Assembly: GCA_036785375.1 (NCBI GenBank)
Contig: JAWMAR010000028.1
Span: 6,696,001-6,760,000, forward strand
From: Leucoraja ocellata
Lineage: Eukaryota
DNA length: 64,000 bases
Direction: 5' to 3'
Shown here: piece after piece, positions 26,101 to 37,294 of the stretch
Numbering within the stretch: position 1 is the stretch's first letter
How the letters are laid out: each line of letters starts with the position of its first letter
Notes under the pieces: model-generated
The model's input: only the letters and a program-made list of their open reading frames with translations
The model's database searches: none
What the model was told of the DNA's origin: nothing
Program-made: the position numbers and the translations under genes

Positions 26101-26230
26101 CCCGCCCGGATGTCAGTGATGGAGGGAGGCAGAACACTCACTTCCGCACGTGTCGACGAGGAAAAACGTCCCCCACCGCGGCGATCCCAAGCGAAAACGC
26201 GATGAATCGTGCCGGCCGCCGAAGGAATCA
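23130..26230 (-). pseudogene. Gypsy pol (protease, RT, RNase H, integrase)
   Basis: ORFs 24768-26636 (YLDD, VDAS), 24017-24547 (ADALSR, HGLAHP..C..CQ), 23328-24176 (HVDIVGPLP, ITSDRGPQF, HPQSNGLVE, PYEGPF). Confidence 0.93.
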
Positions 26231-27106
26231 CTGATGACCGGCCCTTTAGTTTCCCGAGAACGAACAGGGTGGGCAACAAAGCCTGGCTGCAGCTCCCCAG
26301 CGGCGGTGATAATAACACCAACCAGCTTTGCTGGCGTCTGGTTGAACTGCAGGCTGGTTTGAGCGCCAGCGACCTCCGCTGGCGTCTGGTGAAACTGCAA
26401 GCCGATTTGGTTGGTTTGAACGCCAGCGACCTCTGCTGGCATTGGTTTGAACTGCAGGCTAGCCGTGCTGGAAGGACGTGCCTGCCGTTGAATGCGTAAT
26501 GGCCGCCGGATTTTGCCGCGGGGGCCGACCGGGAGCAGTGGAGATGCGGTGGATAGCGGTCCCGACCTGCTCCTAGTCTTCGAACGCCTCGGGAAGGACG
26601 TCTACTGCTTCCAGGTTGTGATGGCGAGAATTGCACAGCTCGTCAGCATGTTCACCCAGCGCCAGCATGTCGGTAAATGGATCCCTGGCGAGCTGCATGC
26701 GAATGTCGGGAGGCAACTGCTGCAGGTAGGCATATTTAAAGAGAAAGCACGGCTCATGGTCCCCCATTAGGGTGAACATGTCTTCCAGGAGGGCAGACGG
26801 CTGGCGGTCGCCCAGGCCATCCATTCTGAAAATGCGAGCTGCCTGCTGGGCATCACCCAGGCCAAACCTCCTGATGAGAAATGCTTTAAGGCCAGCATAC
26901 TTGTTTGCTACTGGGGGGGCCCTGAGGAAATGCTTAACCCGCCTCGCGGTCAGTTGGTCAAGCGAGCCAACCACGTAAAAGTACTTAGTCTCATCCTGCG
27001 TGATACCTCGCACAGCAAACTGTGCCTCTGCCTGCTGGAACCAGGTTTCGGGTTCTTCAGTCCATAGAGTTGGGAGCTTCAGCGCAACAGCGTTATTATC
27101 CATCAC
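26230..27106 (-). pseudogene. Gypsy gag with ~55-bp tandem repeats (26320-26460)
   Basis: VALKLPTLWTEEPETWFQQAEAQF, LGDRQPSALL. Decayed CYYHRRWG..A..C..PC knuckle. Confidence 0.85.
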
Positions 27107-27356
27107 GACGCGTGATGAACGATGTCGGGGTCACCAGTATAGTGGCCTGGTCAAGGTCAGGAAAAGACCGGACGCCAGGCGGATTCCAAAGAAACTTTTT
27201 AATTCCAACAGTCCAAGAACACACACCGACGCTCTTATCTCTACCCCTCGGGAGTCGACCGGTAAACCCCGTGGCAGACCAACGCCCCTGTCCCTCAATC
27301 GGCGAGGGGATGATCCAAGGAGTGGCCTACCCCCCAGGGACCGCCACACATTAGCA

Positions 27357-27790
27357 TTAGTTACAAGCTGCCGGCTGAGCCCCACTGTGGCCACGTGCGG
27401 CGGCAGGCCTAGCTTCCTGCCATGAAGAAACAGCTGGCGGGACTCGGCTGCAGGGAGAAAGATCAGAAGCCAACAAGCTTGACCTTAAAGAACGGGGAAC
27501 AGAAGAGGGAGCCGATGGCAATGACGAGCCTGTTGGAGAGGAACCGAGGTATAGCATCCAATGCCTTCAAGGTCGGCTACAGGCAGCACCCTCAGGACAC
27601 AAAGACAGTTGGGCGAGGTCAGGGATGTTGCTTCGTGGGCCAAGCCAGTCAAGGGTGATGGAGGAGGCCCTGCAGCAGCCTGGGTCTCTCCTGGATTGGG
27701 TGGTGCTCCAGTGCATTGAGTGCGTGGAGTGGACTTTGGACTTCTTGTAAATGACGCCAAAATATGACGACTTGTGCATGTGTGATTTAT
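27357..27790 (-). pseudogene. Unrecognised coding remnant, paralogous to 30240-30935
   Basis: Minus frame reads PAAESRQLFLHGRKLGLPPHVATVG versus PAAEARQVFLSGSKPGLPPHVAMVG at ~30360-30440. Confidence 0.5.
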
Positions 27791-28489
27791 GCAAAAAAAA
27801 AATTCAACCATTGAGCATGCCAAATATACAAATAAAGATTTATTACTGAATAATGTAAGGTTCAGGTAAAATTCAACCTAAATGTCATGTGCAGATCTGG
27901 TCTCCCTATCAAAGGAAGGAAACCTTTCTGACAGAGGTAATGCAACAAAGGTCTGCTATCATCCCTCAGTTTTCTGCATATTGTTAATGCCTTTTAATTT
28001 TGCCCTTGGATATACGTCTTTCCTCATGTGGGTGGATTGATTTCTATTCATATTACTGAATGTGTTTGGAGAGTGCTAAATTAATTCTTAATTAATTTGA
28101 CAACATTGTAACAAATTTATTGCATATGCTAAGTAAATTCCAAATTCTTCAGCAAAGTATTCACATTTGTTAGCAGTTTACTGTATTGCATACAAACAGA
28201 TTTTATGGATTTTTTATATTTGCAGAGTTCCTTCACCACCCCCAAATTGTTCATCAAGTGCAACATTTGCAAACGAAAGCAATGAAAACACAGTTTATAG
28301 TAACTGTTCTGAATTCTTCTCATGCTTTATTTTGTCAAACTAATATTCAGCAGTTTGAGCAACATTCAAGGTGAGCAATTGTTAACATTTCAGTCACAGA
28401 CCTTTCATCAGAACCAGAAAATGCTATAGATAAAGCAAATTTAAATTTGCTGAGAAAGTTAGAAGGGAAAAGGGACAAAAACAAAAGTA

Positions 28490-29060
28490 GGCCCCCCTCG
28501 GTCATGACTGACCATGGGTGAAGATCCGAAAATCCCTCCCACCATCGGGAGCAACCACTGGAGCCTCACTTTCCGCCAATCTAGCGATGACTTATAATCG
28601 GTAACTGTTGCTCCCCGTGTTGTGTCTATACTGCAGACAAAACTGGAGTGTCCTCTCCAGGTTTTGGATGTAGGTTTGCAGGTGATGTGTGGTCGGATGC
28701 AAGCCTGGGCGAAGTCATATGGAGGACAGGCTGTTGCCCATGCAGCACGTCTCCCCACTCCACGTCGCTGATCGTTCCAAAGGAACAGCAGGGCCGTTAC
28801 AGTTTGGCACCAGCGCTGTCACAGGAACTGCCAGAGCGAGTTTGTAGACCTGCCCTAGGGGCTCTGACTCCGGATTTTCTTGAGGTTTACTCCTGGAGCC
28901 TTTTCCGTGACTGGATATTGCCACAAGGCAGTGGAGGTTTTAAATCGGAGTTTTCCCTCTCCTAGATTCCCAGCCTGACGAGCCCCATCTGTTCGAGACT
29001 CATGGGGGCGGGAGCGTCTACCTTCCCGTGCAGGTCTATAGCACCTGCCCACTGCCCCAT
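28490..29060 (-). mobile_element. Probable RTE-clade 5' UTR fragment
   Basis: CTAGGAGAGGGAAAACTCCGATTTAAAACC and GCATGGGCAACAGC motifs resemble RTE 5' regions. No RT ORF present. Confidence 0.4.
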
Positions 29061-29439
29061 AAAGATAAGAGAGATTAACTGGTAAAATGGATGGTAGTGC
29101 ATGCAAAAGATGGCAGTAATGGAACAATAAATAAAAGCTGGGTCCAGAATATTTATAGAATGCACATACCTTTCATCATGTGGTGCAATGGATATGTTCT
29201 TCGACATGTATCACACCCAACCAAATATAGGGAGCAGCATCAGCCATGTTACATGGGTTTGTTTTTAATACTGGGCTACTGAGAGGGATTATGGCAAATT
29301 CTTCTTAACTTTGGCTGTCTAAAGAAATGTGTCTTCATACGACATCTGTTGACGTGCAAGCTGTGATTCTAATTCATGTGCGGCCTCAAACCGAATCCTA
29401 ACATAGACAGAGATCAAGTAAGGTTGCATCATTATTCCA

Positions 29440-29800
29440 ATCCTCATCTTAGTCTTCCACAATGAGACACTGGAAGAAATTGATCACTTTGCATGCATCA
29501 GGAGCCACCTGCAGTGAAGGCAAACATCAATAACAAATGCCTCCAGTGCTTCACCACAGCCTTTGCTCATCCAAGAAGAGATTTTGAAGATCAGGAACTA
29601 GAATTAAGCTTGGGATTTACTAGGCAGCAGTAATATCATCTTCCCTGTATGTTTGGACACATGACTCACCTACAATAGGCACTAGAGAGGTGCCTTGGCA
29701 AAATTCTCCAAACACATTGGCAGGTTAAGTGAACTAATATTCGAGGCCTGCATCCCCGGAATCAAGAACTTAATCACGGTCAACCAGCTCCAGTGGACAT
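29440..29800 (+). mobile_element. Degraded RTE RT fragment
   Basis: LEEIDHF..GSHL, AFAH.RR.FEDQEL, QLQW remnants. Confidence 0.5.
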
Positions 29801-30239
29801 GTAAATAAGATATCACAGTAAGAGATTTCTAGGATGGAAGAAATACTTAAAGAAATACTTAAAACTGCTTTGAAAAACATGAAGAAAGTTCATGGATTCA
29901 TGGGATTTTCTAATACATTGCCATTTATCCAAGAAGCCACTGACCATCTTACAGGGGATGAGGCACAAACAGACACCTGTTCGGTTACATTTTTGCTCTA
30001 CCTGTGGTGCAGACAGATACCTGTTTGGTTACATTTCTTGCTCCACCTTGTAAAACACAATTGTATCCAGGTCACATGCATTCTGTACTGTTTTTATATG
30101 TATCAAATTGATTTTAAACACATTAAATTAAATAACGACATAAAGGAAAATAAACAAGTTACTAACCTGGGCTGAATTATTTTTATCAAGATATGCAGTT
30201 TTACTTTTAAAAATAAGAAACTCCATTCATAAAAATATG

Positions 30240-30935
30240 CTCAAATATATTTTGCAAGCTGCCCGGACGCAGCGGAGCCGTGAACCCAGCAGACCCGGTG
30301 GCCAGACGATGAAAGACTCTGCGGACTGAGGCCTGTGGGAGGAAGCTGCCAAACCTCCTTACCCCCACCATGGCCACATGTGGCGGCAGGCCTGGCTTGC
30401 TACCGCTAAGAAAGACCTGGCGGGCCTCGGCCGCAGGGGGAAAACAAAACATTTTGGTCTTCAACAACATGCAGAAGAAACTTTCCAACGTGTTGGTGGA
30501 GAGTTCCTTTCCACAGCATGTGTGGAGTCTGACCCAGGTCAGCATGGCCTGGGCTGCACAAAGTAGCAAACTTGGCTGGGCCGCCAGGGGTAAAGTTGCG
30601 GGGAGGGCAGGAGCATTGAGAAGGAGAGGGTTGGGGATCATGCCAGCAACTCACTCACTCACCGCTGGCGCGGTGTTCCTGGCACGAAGCCACTGCACTG
30701 TAGCCGGGGAGGGAAGTAGTCGGGTGGCTGCGAACAGCCGCCGGGACTGGACAATAGAATCGGCTGCCACCTCAGCGCCTTCTGCCGGCCCACCAGCCAC
30801 AGTGTCCTTCGGCCAAGTCGCAACCGGTGGAGGTGGTGGTTGGCGGGTAGCTACTGGGCGGAAGGCTGGCTGCTCCGTCCAGGCTCTCCCCGTTATGTGA
30901 TCTCCCTGACCCAGGAAGTAAATAGCCCGCAACAT
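30240..30935 (-). pseudogene. Frameshifted accessory ORF next to Academ-like right end
   Basis: ATG at 30935 lies ~240 bp inside the terminus. GC-rich overlapping ORFs 30651-30935 and 30207-30641. Product not recognised. Confidence 0.45.
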
Positions 30936-31177
30936 GGAATCCAGCTCCCCATAGTGTAATATTAATTTACCTATTATTGAGCATAAGAGGGCGCTGTTAC
31001 TTTTTCTGATAAATTTTATAATTATCTTAATTAGTGTGCAACTTTTGGCACTGACGAGTTACGAATTCCTTCTTAATGATATTTTATCTAAACCTGCGCC
31101 AAGTTTGAGGTAGATACCAGACATGGGTCACGAAAGTTAAATTCTATTCGCTTTTTTGATGCTCGGCCCACGGCCTA
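30936..31177 (+). mobile_element. Orphan right end of Academ-like transposon
   Basis: ..GGGTCACGAAA..TTTTTGATGCTCGGCCCACGGCCTA, homologous to 48870-49099. Confidence 0.8.
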
Positions 31178-33736
31178 ATATACATTTATTTAGAAATAGG
31201 ACTATAGCATTACTACTTTTAACTAGTTCAATTTTTCAGGGGTACCATTTGCTAGGCATTCAGAACTGTCCAAGATCACATTTTGCTTACTAAGTGCAAG
31301 GAGGATGCTGTTCGGTTCAAATTCAGCAAAATTCTGCACATCCTAAAGGTTTGTTGGGATGATTTTCAGGCTAGACTGGTTTCAACCCATCTCAACAAGC
31401 AAAGTGCATTATTTTGATTTATGTGCAAACGACAATTATTAATGCCAAACCAGTTATTATTTGATATTTAATGACAGCCTAAATCTCTGAATGTGTTAGC
31501 AGTTTAAAGGGAGCAACCCTGCAATGTCTCCTACTAAATTGATGTTGGTTGTTAACAGCAAACAAATACGAATGCTAATTATCCCAACTTGTCAAACCAC
31601 TTTAAAAATGTAGGAAATATTTGTAATATATAAGTGTTACATGACATGAAGTTTCTGTGCATTTAAGATTGTTACCATATTAGGTTGTTACCATATTAAA
31701 CCATGTTCCAGAGTCATCTGGACACGCTCCAGGTTGACATTCTCAAGTCAAAAGTGTCATCTTTTGGTCCACTTGCCTTGGAGGTCAAATAGATTTAATT
31801 CCTGGGGATTGTGCAATGAACTATGGCTGAATACATATATTTAATACTCTCTCTAGTTGGCATTAGTCCAATACTCTGGATTTTATTGAAACATAAACAT
31901 CTAAGGACAGGATAATGGGATGTCTGAACCTGACTGGTTCCTGGGACTCTCATCTCAGGTGCATGGGCTCAGCCTGGCTCCTGGTTCGTCATCCCTGTTC
32001 TTAAGATCATGTTTCTTTGTTTTTTTCCCATCAGGAGAAATGTGTTACCTGTCAATTTCTGTAATGATGCAACACCTCAATTAGATAAGCTCTTAATGTC
32101 TTGTAATCAAGGATATAAAAGTCTCATTGATGGAATCTGGCCTTATTGTCATCACTACAGCTTTCCACTCACTGCTGAGCATGCCTGGATTGTGGTGGAT
32201 TTCCATCTGACTACCTGGACTTACGGGAACGACGGCCCAGGTTTACAGCCAGCGCGGAGAAGCAGCGCTAAATCCAGCTCAACTCTGCCTGTCTCGCCAG
32301 ATTAACCTACAGCCCTACCTGGACTGACGGGACACCAGTCCGGAGCCATGGGACAGGCCCTTAACTTTATCCATTACACTGGTAACTGCTCATAGGCATC
32401 TTCTTGGGGCTCTCAGAGTCCAGGGTTCTCTTTTTTCCATTTTTAGTTCATTATTGTCATGTGTACTGAGGTACAATGAAAAGTTTTTGTTTGCATACTA
32501 GCCAGTCAGAAAAAAGTCTACATGAATACAATTAAGCCGTGCACAGATAAAGGATAAAGGATACAACATTCAGTGCAAGATATAACATCGGAGTCCCATA
32601 AAGTCCAATTAAAAATAGATCAAAGCCTGTGGTCCTCACTGGCTTTGCTGGTTACTGTCAAAGTTTTCTTTGCTTTGGAGAGTGCTTGGCCACACATACT
32701 TTCTGTTAGCTGATAACAGACTAACTCCTCTTCAGGAAATTGGAGGCCACTTTATTTAAGGCACTTTTTTTATTGAATGCTGATCTGATCTCCACGATAT
32801 TGAAGTATGATTACAGAGATGAATGATTGAAACATTTTTCACAAGAAGGGTTTATTCTACCCTATCAGGAGGGAACATCATGCCCACTAATTAAATAATG
32901 TGTGTGCAATGTTAAAGTATGTTTGTTGAGTATGTGAAAAGCACATGAATATCTGCGAGCCGTGCACAGTGAAAGGAATTGTGAGCCATGTATGGCCGCA
33001 TCCCAATGGCACACCTGGATCGCGTGCCGTGGAACCGGAGATGCGTTGAGCGATGACAGAAAGCTCCTGAGATGCACCAGAGTCGAACGACTCGGCAAGC
33101 GGGCCGCTGAGAGCGAGGAGGGAGATAAACCGATTGGCTTTCAAAAGGTTGGCACAGGCACGATGGGCTGAATATCCTTTTAGTGTATTGTTTGATTCTA
33201 GGTGTGAAGTTGTGAATCTAATATAAGTTTATTTAGAAATGAGACTGGCATTACTGCTTTTAACTTGCTTTAATTATTCAGTTTGCTCAGCATTCAGAAC
33301 TGTCCAAAATCACATTTTGCTTACCTTTCTGAGCCACCGAGAGCGAGGAGGGTCCCGCCCTGTGAGAGCAACCAAGCAGGGGGCCACCAGGGCGAGGAGG
33401 GCTGCTGAGAATGAGGAGGGACTTGTGCCTCCGAGAGAAACCCGGCGGGGCCCACTGTGAGCCTAGGGAGACCTGCGCAGTCAAGGGGGGCCGTCCAGAG
33501 CAACCCAGCGAGGGAGGCTCCGAGAAAGAAGACCTGGCGGCAACTGCCAAGAACGTAGGGGGACCTGGCCGGGGACCGCTGAGGTTGAAGGGGGGCTGCC
33601 CTTTGCGTAGTGCCTACGTGAGAATCCTTTGCGTACTGCCTACGTGAGTCTGCTGTGATTTTACCGGATTGTACATAAAAACAATTTCACAGTACCTGGG
33701 TACGTGACAATAAAGTATTTTGAATCATCGAATCTT

Positions 33737-33865
33737 CTGAGGAAGGGTCTCGACCCGAAACGTCACCTATTCCCTTCGCTCCATAGATGCTGCCTCACCT
33801 GCTGAGTTTCTCCAGAATTTTTGTCTACCTTCGATTTTCCAGCATCTTCAGATCCTTCTTAAACA
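33737..33865 (+). ncRNA. Short Penelope-derived unit with putative hammerhead ribozyme
   Basis: CTGAGGA-A-GGGTC TC GACCC-GAAAC-GTC core. Flanking repeat TTGAATCATC on both sides (~33720 and ~33866). Confidence 0.65.
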
Positions 33866-34699
33866 TTGAATCATCAAAGACTTCCATAGAATTTCAGCAG
33901 AAAACATTGTGGCCAAATTGTTGAAACATGGGTTCTAGGTTTTGAAAGAATTTAGGCTCCTAAGATCATTGGCTGGGAGGTAACATGAATTTATATTAAT
34001 TGACATACGCATCCACATCCACCCCTTCATTCGTGGAAGCGAATATTCTGTGTAACAGTGAATCATGCAAGCCATGTGAACTTTCAATGTCAGAGGGTGT
34101 AGTTTGAAGAAGGTTCCCCTCTTGAAGCATCGTCATCACATCAGTTTGAGGAATGGTTCTGACGCAAAATGTCATCATGTCTGAAGAAGGATCCTGATCC
34201 GAAATGTCATCTGTCCATTCCCTCCTCAGATGCTGGTTAACGTGCTGAGTTCCACTTTTTTTTTAAACTTTCGTGACTTGTTCTCAATAATGTCTAGGTT
34301 CGTTGAATATAAACATTTACACTATGAGACCATTTAAATGAACACTGTTTTCTGTTTTGCACAATAAAGTAAAATTACAACACATTTTTCCAAACTATTC
34401 AATCTATTCTCGCCAATTCACTTTCCCTATATTGACTTTACACCTTCCTCCCTACGCATGATCTCACCTGGTTTCGTTATCACCAGCAAATATAGGTGTC
34501 CAGACGGATATTGAGGAGAACTGATATGATGAAGTGTACTTGTGTTGGTATCCTTACCTACCTTATATTCATTGCATCGAGTTGTATTTGGCCATTACTC
34601 ACTTAAATTATATTGTGACTTGAAAGATTCCAAGAGAGATTGGCAGGGATTGATAAGAGGATGTTTCCTCTTACAGGTGAGTTTGCAAATTTGATAATT

Positions 34700-35550
34700 T
34701 GATTTAATTTAATTGCCACACAACCAAGGTCGGTGGAATTTGGGTTGCCAGCAGCGGTACAGTAATAAAGACCACACAACCACAATTAAAATTTTACACA
34801 AACATCCACCACAGCATTCATCACTGTGGTGGAAGTCACAGAACTTGGCCAGTCCTCCATTTTCCCCCGTGGTCGGGACCTCCACCCTCCGCAGCCGTTG
34901 CTGCAGGCATCCAGATGGTAAGGGTCAAAGTCAAGGTGAGTCCAGGATCGGCTCTTCCCAACCAGAGACCGCGGCTTCAGGTTGGTGTAGGCCACAGGCT
35001 GGTGGTCGAAGATTTAAGATACCTGCCGTGCCGCAGCCGGAAGCATCGCAGTTTGCAGGGCCGGCGGTCGAAGTCCATACCGCGCCCGCGGTAGAAGACG
35101 GCCGCGGGCCGGCGGTGGAAGCTTCTTCCCCCCGGGTCCTCCATGAGGGATCCCGGGTTGTAGACGCCGCGCCAGCTGGAGTTCTGCAGACCGCTGCTTC
35201 AAGCTGCCGGTTGCCGCGGGCCAGCGTAACGGAGCGCTCCCCTCCAGCGAGGTCTTACCCGCTCTGCGCCGAGAGTACACGCTGTGCCTGCCGCTGAAGC
35301 TCCGGGCGCGTCTCCGGGAAAGGCCGCCCGATCCTCGATGTTAGGCCACGGGGGAGGCGACCTGAAAAAATGTTGCCTCTCCATGGAGGAGGTGGCCGAA
35401 ACGGTTTTCCCCCTCACCCCCCCCCCCCCCCCCCCACACCACCCCCCACACATAACACACAAAGAAACATTAAAAACAGACTTTTAAACATACTAAAAAA
35501 ATAAAAAAAGTTGGAAAAAAAACGCACAGGCTGCCACCAGTGCAGCGCCC
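34700..35550 (-). repeat. GC-rich non-autonomous retroelement
   Basis: GC-rich body with no RT ORF and an (ATTAA)n/(ATCAA)n-like 3' tail at ~34695-34712. Homologous to 13355-13720. Confidence 0.5.
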
Positions 35551-35712
35551 CCTCCCCTCACTTACACATGGAGGTGTAATCTCAAGTAAGGGACTGAGTT
35601 CTTAAGTACGAAGCTCACTGCTTAAACTGATTTGGGTTGGCTTAGTTCAACTGAATGCGGCACAAGTAATGAAGGAAATAAAATCAATCTCATTGATCAC
35701 TGTATTGCTTAC

Positions 35713-35937
35713 TTGTCCATTCGGCCCCACAACAGAAGTGTCCACGTAAACTGCTGTAAACTGGAAGTATCCTGAGCTAATTCTGCTACCACCATCTTCT
35801 ATTGTGACAAGTGATGGCTCCCACTGATTGTCACCGGAAGCTTGCGTCCTTTTCAGGACGGACGATGACAGCAAGGTCAACATTTGTAACAAGATGGACA
35901 CGGAAGAAGAAGAAGAAGAAGAGACTTGTCCACTCAT
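35713..35937 (-). CDS. Candidate host coding exon (possible signal-peptide-like start); speculative
   Basis: 75 open codons MSGQV..SILLQMLTLLSSSV..VVGPNGQ ending at a CAA|GTAAGC donor, in non-repeat sequence. Phase-compatible small exons at 34468-34520 and 34009-34047. Confidence 0.25.
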
Positions 35938-36333
35938 CTTAATGTAACTTTTTTGATAAATTCCAGTATATTACCAAGTAAATTCCAGTAAATTATTCTA
36001 TTTTAAAGAAACTAAATTATTGTCAAACTTTATTGGCGAAGTGTATTTAAATTTAAACTATTAATGAGGAAAAAATATAAAAACCCACCACTTGATGGCA
36101 GCATTGTTAAAGTTAGCAGGATGAACTGAAAAGTTGGAAGAATCATTCACCAAAAAAAAAAATAATAATAGTAATTGCAATGATTATAAAGTAGATGGAA
36201 GGCAAAGATATGTTTAATTCATAATTTACTATGTTTTTCTCTCTCAGCTTCTGTGCACTCTCAGATCTGTAAATAATTAGAGTGGTTATAACAGTTGACT
36301 TTGTTGACACAAGGAACTGCAGATGCTGATTTA

Positions 36334-36794
36334 AGGGCCTGTCCCACGAGCATGCGGCAAGCGCGACCTAACGTGGTCACTTGAGCCGTATTGCCTCGCG
36401 GGGCCGGTCCCACTTCGATCGCCGGAGCCGTATGGAGTTGTGCGGAGCTGGTCCCGACCGCGCAGGGCTCCGAAAAAACTGACAGTGTTCAAAAATTCCA
36501 CGTGGCATCGGCCTGCCGGCTCACAGGTGCCTCGATGCCGTACGCACCGCCTCGATGGGCATACGCAGCGTCTCGACGCTGGACGCAGCATCTTGACGCC
36601 ATATGTCACGCGCGAACTTCACATCACTCACAACCTCCGCGCGGCCCCCGCTTCCAGAATGGTCGCGCTAGCCGCAAGCAGTCGCATGCGCGTGGGACTG
36701 GCCCTGTACGGGGATCACTCGACCTCCGCGCGGCCCCCGCTTCCGGTTTGGTTGCACTTGCCGCATGCAGTCGCATGCTCGTGGGACAGGTCCT
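36334..36794. mobile_element. PIF/Harbinger MITE
   Basis: TIRs AGGGCCTGTCCCACGAGCATGCG / CGCATGCTCGTGGGACAGGTCCT with TTA TSD (36331-33, 36795-97). Inserted into a Penelope-derived unit. Confidence 0.9.
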
Positions 36795-37294
36795 TTACAA
36801 AAGAAGACACAAAGTGTTGGAGTAACTCAGCAGGTCAGGCAGCATCTCTGGAAAACATGGATAGGTGACATTTTGGGTACAATAGCAACTTTTATTGTAA
36901 CAGTAAGCTATTAGTTTTTTTTTAAATAGAAAAATTATAATTAACAAAATTATTTCAACAGGTTCATCAACATCTGCAGAAAAATGCACAGATTAATATT
37001 TTAGAGGAAAATTCATCATCAGAACAACTTAGCTTTATAGGAAAACAAATAAAAAGCCATCGCAAGAGGAAAAAAAGCAAGGCAATTACTGATAAATCAC
37101 TAACACAAGCAATCAGTTTATCAATTAAGATCTAAGAGTATTTAATTTAAAAATTTACATAGTTCATTCAAATATGATATAGATCAACAGTTGATATCCC
37201 TAGGCAGTATTTGGAACTTGATGACGTACTTACATTTGGTTATGTGGGATCGTAGATGACTAATGAGACCAATGTTGAAACCAGTTTATTTTCT

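Larger units (their letters stand above)
22899..27348 (-). mobile_element. Full-length CsRn1-type Gypsy LTR retrotransposon (LTRs 22899-23110 and 27138-27348), frameshifted
   Basis: CATT 4-bp TSD (22895-22898 and 27349-27352). ~212-bp LTRs with ~10 differences. PBS TGGTGACCCCGACATC at 27121-27136. Poly-G PPT at ~23111-23125. Domain order gag-PR-RT-RNase H-IN. Confidence 0.97.

Noticed and set aside
939-31177. A single ~30-kb giant Academ-like element bounded by the left end at 939 and right end at 31177
   Set aside because: Flanking triplets differ (CAT vs ATA). The Penelope interrupted at 938 resumes at ~2984, not after 31177.
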